In this document: positions 19,809-28,061 of the stretch, one piece after another
Layout of the letters: each line of letters starts with the position of its first letter
Position numbering within the stretch: position 1 is the first letter of the stretch
Program-made: the position numbers and the translations under genes
Source of the DNA: Legionellales bacterium UBA7366
GTDB lineage: Bacteria > Pseudomonadota > Gammaproteobacteria > UBA7366
DNA: 58,693 nucleotides
Direction of reading: 5' to 3'
Assembly: GCA_002469885.1 (NCBI GenBank)
Contig: DKOI01000029.1
Coordinates: 1 to 58,693 of the forward strand
The notes under the pieces: generated by a model
The model's input: only the letters and a program-made list of their open reading frames with translations
The model's database searches: none
Told to the model about the DNA's origin: nothing

Positions 19809-20765
19809 TGATAAAAACAGTAAGCTATTGAATATTGACTGCTAAAAACCCGATAGCACTACTAAAATTTGTAATTAATGCCCTAAAAATGTAATTGAAG
19901 TTGGAATAGATGCAAGCGCATATTGGTAGGAGCTGGGAACAGATCTTGAAGACTCATAACAAATCCGTCCAGCTAATTAAGAAGAGCTAAAAAATAAAAG
20001 GGCGCTAACACCGCAATGGAATCATTTATCTTGTATTTATTAAACAGAACAAAGACTAAAAGTTACTGTTATTTATGTAGCAAGCGACCTTAAGAACCAT
20101 CGAAATATCTACAGCCTAGCGTCAAACACCTCTTCTTATTAACTAAAGTGAAGAAAATCTCAAAAAAAACAAGAAATTTTTTCACATCAAACACATGACG
20201 TTTAGTTTGGCAAAGATACCTGATCAGGTCTAAAGGCACCTGGAAATTACTCTTAGTAATGCGAATAATCTTCGAGTCATCTAACTGAAATATTCGATAT
20301 TAATTTCCCTGTGAATAGGCAGCATTTTAAGAAGAAAAAAACGATGTAAGCAGTCCCTTAAAAAGAAAATTTAATATCGTTTTTTAAATGAATATCGATA
20401 GGGCGAATCTTAGTGAAGTACGCTTAAAAACTCAAAACTCCGGAAACTTTTGTGGCTAATTTTAGCGCCCTAATATATAACGATAATCATTAAATTATCG
20501 GTAGTGTTTCTTGATGAATTAAAAAATAAGAATAATTCATCATGTGATGACCTTAATTTAGCTGTGCGCAAATTTGAACATTCGATTCTCGCTGGGATTA
20601 CCGAAATTTTAAATTAAATAAAACACGAAAGCTCGAGGCAAAAGCGAGAAAAGGCTTCTGAGTCTGAAGCCTCGTGCTCAACCAGCTGGAATTTTCGTGA
20701 TATTCGAATTTTTTTAAAGGGTATTCTGAGTACCCAGACCCTTCTAAGTCCCTTATCAACATAGA

Positions 20766-20781
20766 TGTTTCACGTGGAACA
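20766..20781. promoter_or_regulatory. parS: parS site TGTTTCACGTGGAACA (exact consensus)
   Basis: Direct read. Same 18-mer ATGTTTCACGTGGAACAT. Confidence 0.85.
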
Positions 20782-20836
20782 TTTAGCCTTTGCCTAACAC
20801 CTCCAACTTGCCTGTTCTTGGAGATTTTAAGTGACA

Positions 20837-20852
20837 TGTTTCACGTGGAACA
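20837..20852. promoter_or_regulatory. parS: parS site TGTTTCACGTGGAACA (exact consensus), 16 nt downstream of the recF stop codon
   Basis: Direct read. Same 18-mer, 55 bp from the previous site. Confidence 0.85.
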
Positions 20853-20868
20853 TGTAAAAACTATTAAG

Positions 20869-21942
20869 CTATTGAATATTCCCAGCCCTTATCTTAAGGA
20901 GCTTGCTAGGGAGTGTATTTAGATGGGGTAAAATTGTTTTTGCGTCTGTACAAGTGATAAAAAGCTGGCTTTGCTGGTCGGAAAGCAACTGTAGCACTTT
21001 TCCTTGGTTTAAGTAATCTAGCTCTGCCACTAAGTCATCTAGAAGGTAAATACAACTTTTTTGCTTAACGGATTTAAACAACAGTCCCTGTGCAATTTTC
21101 ATTGCACAGATGAATAGCTTTTGCTGACCACGTGAAAGAACTTCCTTAGCAGGGTGTTTACCCACTTTAATCTTAAGATCCGCATGATGTGGCCCGAACT
21201 GGGTATAGCCAAGTGATGCATCCCTGATAAAACCATCTGTAAGAGCGTCTTCGTATGACTTATCTGCAGGCCAACCTGAATAGTAACGTATGTCGAGGTT
21301 AGGGAGATCAATTAACTCCGGTAAGATCTTATATAAGGTTTCACAGAACAGCTCTATATAGCTTTTGCGTGCGGCATCAATCCTTAAACCGTTCTCTATG
21401 ACTTCCGCATTCCAAGACAGTATCTCGTCACGCTTGCACTGTGTCCTCAATGCCATGTTGCGTTGCTTCACACATCTTGAATAATTCTTCCATACATTCA
21501 CAAAATTATGTTCCACGTGAAACACTCCCCAGTCAACGAAGCTCCGTCGCAAACCTGGCCCACCTTCAAGCAAACTAAAGCTATGTGGTTCCAACAACTG
21601 TAATGGCAACACCTCAGCAAGCTTTGATGCTGAATAAACATCCTCACCGGCAATACGCATACGACTGCGCCCATTAGCAGAGCGCTCAACACCTACCGGT
21701 TTGTTTTGTTGCTCAACGTCAAGCACATTAGCAAACAGAGAGAACGCGTCAGCATTGTGTGAAACAATTCTATTGATGATATGTGTTCTAAAGGACTTCC
21801 CTAAACCCAAGAAGTGGATTGCTTCTAGAAAGCTTGTCTTCCCACTACCGTTTTCTCCCTGAATGATGTTGACGTTACTTAACTCTGTAGAGACTGATTC
21901 TAAGTTTCTAAAGGTATTTATATTAAGCTGTGTAATAGACAT
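20869..21942 (-). CDS. recF: DNA replication and repair protein RecF
   Basis: 357 aa. N-terminus MSITQLNINTFRNLESV, Walker A GENGSGKTSFLEAI, and a C-terminal LLDD.. Walker B/signature region. Located directly downstream of dnaN. Confidence 0.95.
   Translation of the reverse strand: MSITQLNINTFRNLESVSTELSNVNIIQGENGSGKTSFLEAIHFLGLGKSFRTHIINRIVSHNADAFSLFANVLDVEQQNKPVGVERSANGRSRMRIAGEDVYSASKLAEVLPLQLLEPHSFSLLEGGPGLRRSFVDWGVFHVEHNFVNVWKNYSRCVKQRNMALRTQCKRDEILSWNAEVIENGLRIDAARKSYIELFCETLYKILPELIDLPNLDIRYYSGWPADKSYEDALTDGFIRDASLGYTQFGPHHADLKIKVGKHPAKEVLSRGQQKLFICAMKIAQGLLFKSVKQKSCIYLLDDLVAELDYLNQGKVLQLLSDQQSQLFITCTDAKTILPHLNTLPSKLLKIRAGNIQ
21509..21524. promoter_or_regulatory. parS: parS site TGTTCCACGTGAAACA (exact consensus, opposite orientation) embedded in the recF coding sequence
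   Basis: Direct read. On the coding (minus) strand it reads GTG TTT CAC GTG GAA CAT, encoding V-F-H-V-E-H of the RecF segment DWGVFHVEHNF. Confidence 0.8.
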
Positions 21943-22170
21943 AGGTAGGGGGTTAAACTCTTAAATTAATAACGAGACGCCTGGACTAATATACCTTCGC
22001 TAGAGGAGTATTTCTATAGTGTTTTCTAACCACAGTATGACAAACGCTTTTTCCACAAAAAAAACATGTTATTTGCTAGAAATCCCTCTCCAATTTCTTT
22101 CCACTCAAACCGTGCAACTAAATGCGATTGCTTTTCATAACCAGAATGATGCCATACTTGATGTTGTAGC

Positions 22171-22295
22171 GCTGCGCATTTCCTGCAGGCGCATCGCCTT
22201 CGCGCTGCTTGTGCAGGCTACATTAGAAGAAAAACACCAAGAACGATGAGGCATGTCGTAGCCCGCATAAGAGAACAACGTGAACGCCTGCGGGG
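22171..22295. repeat. MITE/REP-like element, family A, copy 1 (about 125 bp with ~40-bp imperfect terminal inverted repeats)
   Basis: The left arm CCTGCAGGCGCATCGCCTTCGCGCTGCTTGTGCAGGCTAC pairs with the right arm GTAGCCCGCATAAGAGAACAACGTGAACGCCTGCGGGG. Confidence 0.75.
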
Positions 22296-22320
22296 TTCAA
22301 ATCAACACATGAGTTGATTC

Positions 22321-22446
22321 GCTTCGCGCATTTCCTGCAGGCGCATCGCCTTCGCGCTGCTTGTGCAGGCTACATTAGAAGAAAAACACTCTGAACGATA
22401 GACTTGTCGTAGCCCGCACAAGAGAACGAAGTGAACGCCTGCGGGG
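22321..22446. repeat. MITE/REP-like element, family A, copy 2 (tandem to copy 1, near-identical)
   Basis: GCTTCGCGCATTTCCTGCAGGCGCATCGCCTTCGCGCTGCTTGTGCAGGCTACATTAGAAGAAAAACAC...GTCGTAGCCCGCACAAGAGAACGAAGTGAACGCCTGCGGGG. The left ~75 bp are identical to copy 1. Confidence 0.8.
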
Positions 22447-22470
22447 CTTCAATAAAAAAATGCTCTGGAA

Positions 22471-22546
22471 GTCCGGGAGATTCCCGAAGGCGATAAAGAT
22501 ATTTAATTATATAGATCCTGGATCAAGTCCGGGACAACGGGGATTC
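22471..22546. repeat. Small palindromic TCCGGG-type repeat (family B-like)
   Basis: GTCCGGGAGATTCCCGAAGG...AGTCCGGGACAACGGGGATTC. Motifs are related to the elements at 27977-28031 and 57491-57550. Weaker case than family A. Confidence 0.4.
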
Positions 22547-22564
22547 TAATAGCAAAAAAATCAA

Positions 22565-23680
22565 TTAAAGACGCATTGGCATGATGACGTATAACGCCTC
22601 TAGCGTATCATCCGTAATGTCTGCTTCTACTAATACACTGCTGTTTGCATCGGTGAATGAGACGCGCACAAGCGGTGATGACACGGCACCTAAAACGTCT
22701 TGCAGGTAAGTGACGTTAAAGCCCACTTCCAAAGCGGAGCGTGGGTAATCGATTGTTAACTCTTCTTCGGCAGTTTCTTTTTCTGAGTTATGCGCGAAGA
22801 TTTTTAATGTGTTGTTGTCGAAGACAAGTCGAACACCGCGGTATTTATCATGCGATAGAATTGCAACGCGGGTGAGTGCTTGTTTTAAGTCGTTGCGATC
22901 GACGAGTACGCAGTGAGCAGATTTTCTTGGAATCACACGTTGGAAATCTGGGAAGCGGCCTTCGATTAATTTTGATGTGAAGGTGAATGCATCAGAGGTG
23001 ACACGAATGTGGTGTTCGCCGATGTGCACTGTCACTTCTTTGTCGGTGTGTGCAAGCAAGCGCATAAGCTCCAGTATGCCTTTACGCGGCACGATCACTT
23101 GAAGGTCTTTATCTACAGACACTTGTGGTGCAGGGCATTTACAAAGTGCTAGGCGGTGGCCATCGGTTGCGACCATTTGAAGTGCGCCGTTATTCACATG
23201 AAAAAGAATGCCGTTCAAGTAGTAGCGCACGTCTTGCTGTGCCATAGCAAAATGTGTTTTTTCAATTAATTGTTTGAGTGCAGTTTCAGGCAGAGTAAAC
23301 GTATTTTCTGCAGCTTCATTTTCAACGGCAGGAAAATCCTCTGCCGATAAGGTTGCGAGCACGAAGCGGCTACGGCCTGATTTTACGAGAAGTCGATCTT
23401 TATCGAGCGTTAGTTTTACTGCACCGTTTTCAGGTAATGATTTACAAATATCAACAAGCTTTCGCGCAGGCACGGTGATGCGCCCGGTTTGTGTCACGTT
23501 TTCAACGGAGACACGGCCAATGAGCTCGACCTCTAAATCGGTCGCCGTGAGCGCCAGCTCTTGCTCACCTAAAGACAATAAAACATTTGATAGAATGGGC
23601 AAGGTTTGTTTTTTTTCAACCGCACCGCTAATTAACTGCAGTGGATTTAATAAGGTTTCACGTTGTATTGTAAATTCCAT
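22565..23680 (-). CDS. dnaN: DNA polymerase III beta sliding clamp
   Basis: 371 aa. MEFTIQRETLLNPLQLISGAVEKKQTLPILSNVLL is a typical DnaN N-terminus, and the C-terminus ends ...YVIMPMRL. Located downstream of dnaA. Confidence 0.97.
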   Translation of the reverse strand: MEFTIQRETLLNPLQLISGAVEKKQTLPILSNVLLSLGEQELALTATDLEVELIGRVSVENVTQTGRITVPARKLVDICKSLPENGAVKLTLDKDRLLVKSGRSRFVLATLSAEDFPAVENEAAENTFTLPETALKQLIEKTHFAMAQQDVRYYLNGILFHVNNGALQMVATDGHRLALCKCPAPQVSVDKDLQVIVPRKGILELMRLLAHTDKEVTVHIGEHHIRVTSDAFTFTSKLIEGRFPDFQRVIPRKSAHCVLVDRNDLKQALTRVAILSHDKYRGVRLVFDNNTLKIFAHNSEKETAEEELTIDYPRSALEVGFNVTYLQDVLGAVSSPLVRVSFTDANSSVLVEADITDDTLEALYVIMPMRL

Positions 23681-23697
23681 AATGATAATCCTTTTGG

Positions 23698-25077
23698 TTA
23701 GGTTGACAACGTTCTTAATAAATTTTTGTAATCTTCTGCAATGTCTGTTGTTGTTTCAATTAAGTCTTTAATTTTACGGCAGGCATGCAAAACGGTTGTA
23801 TGATCGCGGCCGCCAAATGAATCTGCAATTTCTGGCAAGCTGTGACTTGTTAATTCTTTTGCGAGTGCCATCGCCATTTGGCGAGGGCGGGCGATAGAGC
23901 GGTTACGTCTTTTTGAGAGCAAGTCTGCGACTTTAATTTTGTAATATTCCGCTACGGTTTTTTGGATATTGTCGATCGTCACGAGGCGATCTTGCAACGT
24001 AAGAAGATCACGCAGCGCTTCTTTAACGAAGTCTAGTGTAATATCTTTTCCGGTGAAGTGTGCATTCGCAATGACACGCTTGAGTGCACCTTCGAGTTCA
24101 CGCACGTTTGAGCGAATACGTTTAGCGATAAAGAAAGCGACTTCATAAGGCAGTTCAATTCTAGACTGTTCTGCTTTATTCATTAAGATAGCCACACGGG
24201 TTTCGAGTTCTGGCGGCTCAATCGCAACGGTAAGCCCCCAACCGAATCGAGATTTAAGGCGTTCTTCTAGCCCATTAATCTCTTTGGGATAACGATCACA
24301 ACTCAAGATAATTTGTTGACGACCTTCTAGAAGAGCGTTGAAGGTATGGAAAAATTCTTCTTGAGAGCGCTCTTTACCTGCAAAGAATTGAATATCATCA
24401 ATTAACAGGGCATCTACGGAGCGGTAATGGCGTTTAAATTGATCCATGCGATTAGATTGAAGCGCTTTGACCATTTCTGCAACAAAGCGCTCGGAGTGCA
24501 AATAGAGTACGCGTGCATTGGGGTTACTTGCTTCAATCGTATTACCGACTGCGTGCATTAAATGGGTTTTACCCAATCCAACGCCACCGTACAGGAATAC
24601 GGGGTTATAAGCATCTGCTGGATTTTCTGCCACCTGTTGTGCGGCTGCGCGGGCTAATTGATTCGACTTACCTTCCACGAAGGTATCGAATGTGAGGTTT
24701 GGATTAATATTACTACGATGCGGAGTAACTGTCGTATCACGCGGTGTGGCGTAACCATAATTTGATGTTGCGGGTGCGCGCGCCGGTTGCGCTTTAGCAA
24801 TCGGTGCTTGGGCTTCTTTTGCACTACCAACGCTTAAATGTACGCTAGGAACTGCATCATCTTGAAACAAATCAGCGAGTATATCGTTTATACGCGTTAG
24901 AAATTTATCTTTTACCCAATCCAAGACGAAGCGATTCGGTGCTAAAAGATATAACTTGTTATCTTTATACTCAACTTGTAAAGGGCGTATCCATGTGTTG
25001 ATTTGTTGTGCGGGAAATTCTGCTTGGAGATGGCTTAAGCATTCTTCCCATACGGTGACAGTTGCGGTTGCAGACAC
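23698..25077 (-). CDS. dnaA: Chromosomal replication initiator DnaA (start revised to GTG at 25077)
   Basis: AAA+ Walker [14 protein letters not shown] and C-terminal DNA-binding region [15 protein letters not shown]. The track ORF starts at a TTG 51 codons upstream and reads through hydrophobic junk. The GTG at 25077-25075 is preceded by AGGAG with 8-nt spacing and gives [34 protein letters not shown], a typical DnaA N-terminus (459 aa). Confidence 0.95.
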   Translation of the reverse strand: MSATATVTVWEECLSHLQAEFPAQQINTWIRPLQVEYKDNKLYLLAPNRFVLDWVKDKFLTRINDILADLFQDDAVPSVHLSVGSAKEAQAPIAKAQPARAPATSNYGYATPRDTTVTPHRSNINPNLTFDTFVEGKSNQLARAAAQQVAENPADAYNPVFLYGGVGLGKTHLMHAVGNTIEASNPNARVLYLHSERFVAEMVKALQSNRMDQFKRHYRSVDALLIDDIQFFAGKERSQEEFFHTFNALLEGRQQIILSCDRYPKEINGLEERLKSRFGWGLTVAIEPPELETRVAILMNKAEQSRIELPYEVAFFIAKRIRSNVRELEGALKRVIANAHFTGKDITLDFVKEALRDLLTLQDRLVTIDNIQKTVAEYYKIKVADLLSKRRNRSIARPRQMAMALAKELTSHSLPEIADSFGGRDHTTVLHACRKIKDLIETTTDIAEDYKNLLRTLST

Positions 25078-25156
25078 AGATAAAACTCCTAAGCAAAAGA
25101 AAAAATAACACGGGTGGGTTAGGGTACCAAAAAACCATGGGCGAAGGGAAGTAGGC

Positions 25157-25177
25157 TTTTCCACAATTTTATCCACA
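25157..25177. promoter_or_regulatory. Two tandem DnaA boxes (TTTTCCACA and TTATCCACA) in the dnaA/polA divergent promoter region
   Basis: Direct read: TTTTCCACA at 25157-25165 and a perfect TTATCCACA at 25169-25177, 80-100 bp upstream of the revised dnaA start. Consistent with dnaA autoregulation. Confidence 0.7.
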
Positions 25178-25262
25178 GCGAATGTCATAGAAGAGCCTAT
25201 TATTTTGCAAAGAAAATGCATACAATTCAAAGCAATTTTAATGGCTTAAGGTAACAAATTCT

Positions 25263-27950
25263 ATGACAACTTCATCTGACGCACCTTTTATATTAGTTGA
25301 TGGCTCCTCTTATCTTTTCCGCGCATATCATGCACTACCACCATTAATGAATTCTAAAGGTCAGCCTATGGGCGCCGTGTACGGTGTTGTGAATATGATT
25401 AATAAATTAGTCACGGATTATCCTACGGACAATATTGTTATTGTGTTTGATGCCAAAGGAAAAACCTTCCGCAATGATTTGTATGAATTATACAAAGCGA
25501 ACAGGCCACCCATGCCTGATGATTTACGTGGTCAGATTCAACCGCTGCATGAAATTATTGAAGCGATGGGTTACCCCATTCTCGTGATTGATTATGTCGA
25601 GGCTGATGATGTGATTGGCACCTTAGCAAGGCAAGCGGCCAAAGCCGGCATGAATACATTAATCTCAACGGGCGATAAAGATATGGCTCAGTTGGTTGAT
25701 GAGCATGTGACCTTGATCAACACGATGACAAATCAAATAATGGACGATGACTTTGTTGAAGTTAAGTTTGGTGTGAAGCCGAATCAGATCATCGATTTTC
25801 TTGCGATGACAGGGGATACGGCCGACAACATTCCTGGCGTGCCTGGATTGGGTCCAAAGACCGCGTCAAAATTATTAAAAGAGCATGGCGATTTAGATAC
25901 GATCATTGAAAATGCTGAAAGCATAAAAGGAAAGATGGGCGAGCGTTTTCGTGAAGCAATTCCGCAGCTTCCACTTTATAAAGAATTAGTCACTATTAAA
26001 GAAGACGTAAGCTTAAGTCAAATGCCTGAAGCATTAATCAGAAACTCACCTGATCGTGAAACCTTAGTTGAGTTATGCACGCAATATGAATTCAAGCGTT
26101 GGTTAAAAGAGTTTTCAGAAGAGGTGCCCATTCCTGTAAAAAAGTCGGCATATTCGACTATTCTATCTAAGAAAGAATGGTCGACGTGGTTAGGCAAATT
26201 ACAAAAAGCAAAAACGTTTGCGTTTGACACGGAGACAACTAGCCTTAACTACATGCAAGCTAAAATTGTGGGTTTATCTTTTTGCATTAAAGAAGGTGAG
26301 GCTGCTTATTTACCGTTAGCGCACGACTATGAAGGCGCACGTGAACAGCTTGACTTAGACACTGTTTTAAATGATTTAAAGCCGTTGTTAGAAGATCCCA
26401 GCAAAAAGATTATCGCTCAGAATTTAAAGTATGACAAAGAAGTCTTAGCAAATTACGACATCAGTTTGTCCTCTACGGGTTTTGATACAATGCTAGAATC
26501 TTACGTATTAAACAGCACAGCGACACGTCACGACATGGACTCCCTTGCCAAGCATTATCTAAATACGCAAACCGTTTCATATGAAGAGGTTGCAGGCAAA
26601 GGGGTTAAGCAGGTTACTTTTAATCACGTACCCATCGACATAGCCTCAGATTATGCCGCAGAAGATGCTGACGTCACGTTTCAATTGCATGCCGTGCTTT
26701 GGAAGGCGCTCGAGGAAGAAAAATCTTTGAAACACGTCTTTGAAAATATTGAGATGCCGTTGGTTCCAGTGCTGGCACGCATAGAGCGCACGGGCGTTTT
26801 AATTGATACAAAGCGCTTGAAGAAGCAAAGCGATGATATTGCCAAGACATTAGAAACATTAGCAGGCAAAGCGTTTGATATTGCAGGCAAAGAATTTAAT
26901 TTAAATTCGCCCAAGCAGTTACAAGAAATTTTGTACGAGGAATTGAAACTCCCTGTATTGAAAAAAACGCCGAAAGGTCAGCCTTCAACGGCAGAACCTG
27001 TGCTGCAAGAATTGGCATTTGATTATCCCTTACCTGAAATCATTTTGTCGTACCGAAGCTTAAGTAAATTGAAATCAACTTACACTGACACCTTGCCTGA
27101 ACAGATCGATGAGACAACAGGGCGTGTACACACGTCATACCATCAAGCGGTAACGGCCACTGGGCGTTTATCATCAAGCACGCCTAACTTACAAAACATT
27201 CCTGTAAGGACAGAAGAAGGGCGCCGCATTCGCAAAGCCTTTATCGTCCCTGAAGGTTATAAAATGTTAGCGGCGGATTATTCCCAAATTGAATTACGTA
27301 TCATGGCACACTTGTCAAAAGACAAAGGGCTTATTCATGCGTTTGAGAATAATCTTGATATTCACAAGGCGACAGCCGCAGAAGTCTTCAGCACACCGCT
27401 GGAAGATGTGACCACTGACCAACGTCGCAGTGCGAAAGCCATTAACTTTGGTTTAATCTACGGTATGTCTGCCTTTGGATTATCAAAGCAGCTTGGCATT
27501 GATCGTTCATCCGCGCAGACATACATCGATTTATATTTCTCACGTTATCCTGGCGTGAGTGACTATATGGAAAAAACCATTGCTTTGGCGCACGAACAAG
27601 GATTTGTCGAAACTTTATTTGGCAGACGTTTATATTTGCCTGAGATTAATGCGCGCAACATTCAACGTCAAAAAGCATCAGAGCGCACTGCGATTAACGC
27701 GCCACTCCAGGGCACAGCCGCTGACATGATTAAACAAGCCATGATTCGTATGGATTCGTGGTTACAAGAGACGACGCTCGATGCTCGCATGTTAATGCAA
27801 GTGCACGATGAATTAGTATTTGAAGTTGCCGAAAAAGATATTGATGCGTGCTCTAAAGAAGTCATTGCGCATATGACATCAGGTTTTGACTTAGCTGTCC
27901 CTATCATAGTGGATGTGGGCGTGGGTGAAAATTGGGATGAAGCGCACTAG
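25263..27950 (+). CDS. polA: DNA polymerase I
   Basis: 895 aa. 5-prime nuclease N-terminus ILVDGSSYLFRAYHALP, a 3-5 exonuclease region FDTETTSL, and polymerase motifs DYSQIELRIMAH and QVHDELVFE. Confidence 0.97.
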   Translation: MTTSSDAPFILVDGSSYLFRAYHALPPLMNSKGQPMGAVYGVVNMINKLVTDYPTDNIVIVFDAKGKTFRNDLYELYKANRPPMPDDLRGQIQPLHEIIEAMGYPILVIDYVEADDVIGTLARQAAKAGMNTLISTGDKDMAQLVDEHVTLINTMTNQIMDDDFVEVKFGVKPNQIIDFLAMTGDTADNIPGVPGLGPKTASKLLKEHGDLDTIIENAESIKGKMGERFREAIPQLPLYKELVTIKEDVSLSQMPEALIRNSPDRETLVELCTQYEFKRWLKEFSEEVPIPVKKSAYSTILSKKEWSTWLGKLQKAKTFAFDTETTSLNYMQAKIVGLSFCIKEGEAAYLPLAHDYEGAREQLDLDTVLNDLKPLLEDPSKKIIAQNLKYDKEVLANYDISLSSTGFDTMLESYVLNSTATRHDMDSLAKHYLNTQTVSYEEVAGKGVKQVTFNHVPIDIASDYAAEDADVTFQLHAVLWKALEEEKSLKHVFENIEMPLVPVLARIERTGVLIDTKRLKKQSDDIAKTLETLAGKAFDIAGKEFNLNSPKQLQEILYEELKLPVLKKTPKGQPSTAEPVLQELAFDYPLPEIILSYRSLSKLKSTYTDTLPEQIDETTGRVHTSYHQAVTATGRLSSSTPNLQNIPVRTEEGRRIRKAFIVPEGYKMLAADYSQIELRIMAHLSKDKGLIHAFENNLDIHKATAAEVFSTPLEDVTTDQRRSAKAINFGLIYGMSAFGLSKQLGIDRSSAQTYIDLYFSRYPGVSDYMEKTIALAHEQGFVETLFGRRLYLPEINARNIQRQKASERTAINAPLQGTAADMIKQAMIRMDSWLQETTLDARMLMQVHDELVFEVAEKDIDACSKEVIAHMTSGFDLAVPIIVDVGVGENWDEAH

Positions 27951-27976
27951 CATCGGCTTCATGAACTCACTGACTC

Positions 27977-28031
27977 CGTCATTCCGGATATTGCCTCGCG
28001 GTAAGTCGCTCGTAGCAATTCCGGAAAGACG
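27977..28031. repeat. Small palindromic repeat (family B): CGTCATTCCGGA ... TTCCGGAAAGACG, between convergent polA and tag
   Basis: Inverted arms read directly. The arm CGTCTTTCCGG recurs at 57534-57544. It may also act as a bidirectional terminator-like hairpin. Confidence 0.55.
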
Positions 28032-28061
28032 CGGCGTTCGTCATCTTCATCAACCAAGGCC

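Noticed and set aside
18502-20837. Small ORFs in the gene desert (18502-18735, 77 aa; 19336-19533, 65 aa; 20598-20837 minus strand, 79 aa).
   Set aside because: I see no convincing SD sequences. Composition is odd (Lys/Asn/Ser-rich, as expected from random AT-rich DNA). The 65-aa ORF contains the DnaA-box pair, and the 79-aa ORF starts inside one parS site and reads through another. I treat them as spurious, though small proteins cannot be formally excluded without expression data.
18871-20853. The repeated 18-mer ATGTTTCACGTGGAACAT might be a CRISPR repeat, integron attC sites, LacI-family or LexA/SOS operators, or plain terminator hairpins.
   Set aside because: Spacing is ~1 kb between doublets, not 30-40 bp, and there are no cas or integrase genes. 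It has no RYYYAAC/GTTRRRY attC cores and no CTGT-N8-ACAG SOS box. It has no loop and no T-tract as a terminator would. The 16-bp core matches the parS consensus TGTTNCACGTGAAACA exactly, which is the simplest explanation.
22019-22249. 76-aa ORF in the dnaN-recF spacer.
   Set aside because: Its C-terminal half is the translation of a MITE-like repeat arm. There is no SD. It is most likely spurious.
23274-23771. 165-aa plus-strand ORF antisense to dnaN and the dnaA end.
   Set aside because: It lies entirely within well-supported dnaN/dnaA coding sequence on the other strand, and its product is low-complexity and Ser-rich.
25078-25230. N-terminal 51-codon extension of dnaA in the ORF track (TTG start).
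   Set aside because: The extension is hydrophobic and non-DnaA-like, contains the DnaA boxes, and nearly abuts polA. The GTG at 25077 with an AGGAG SD gives a canonical N-terminus.
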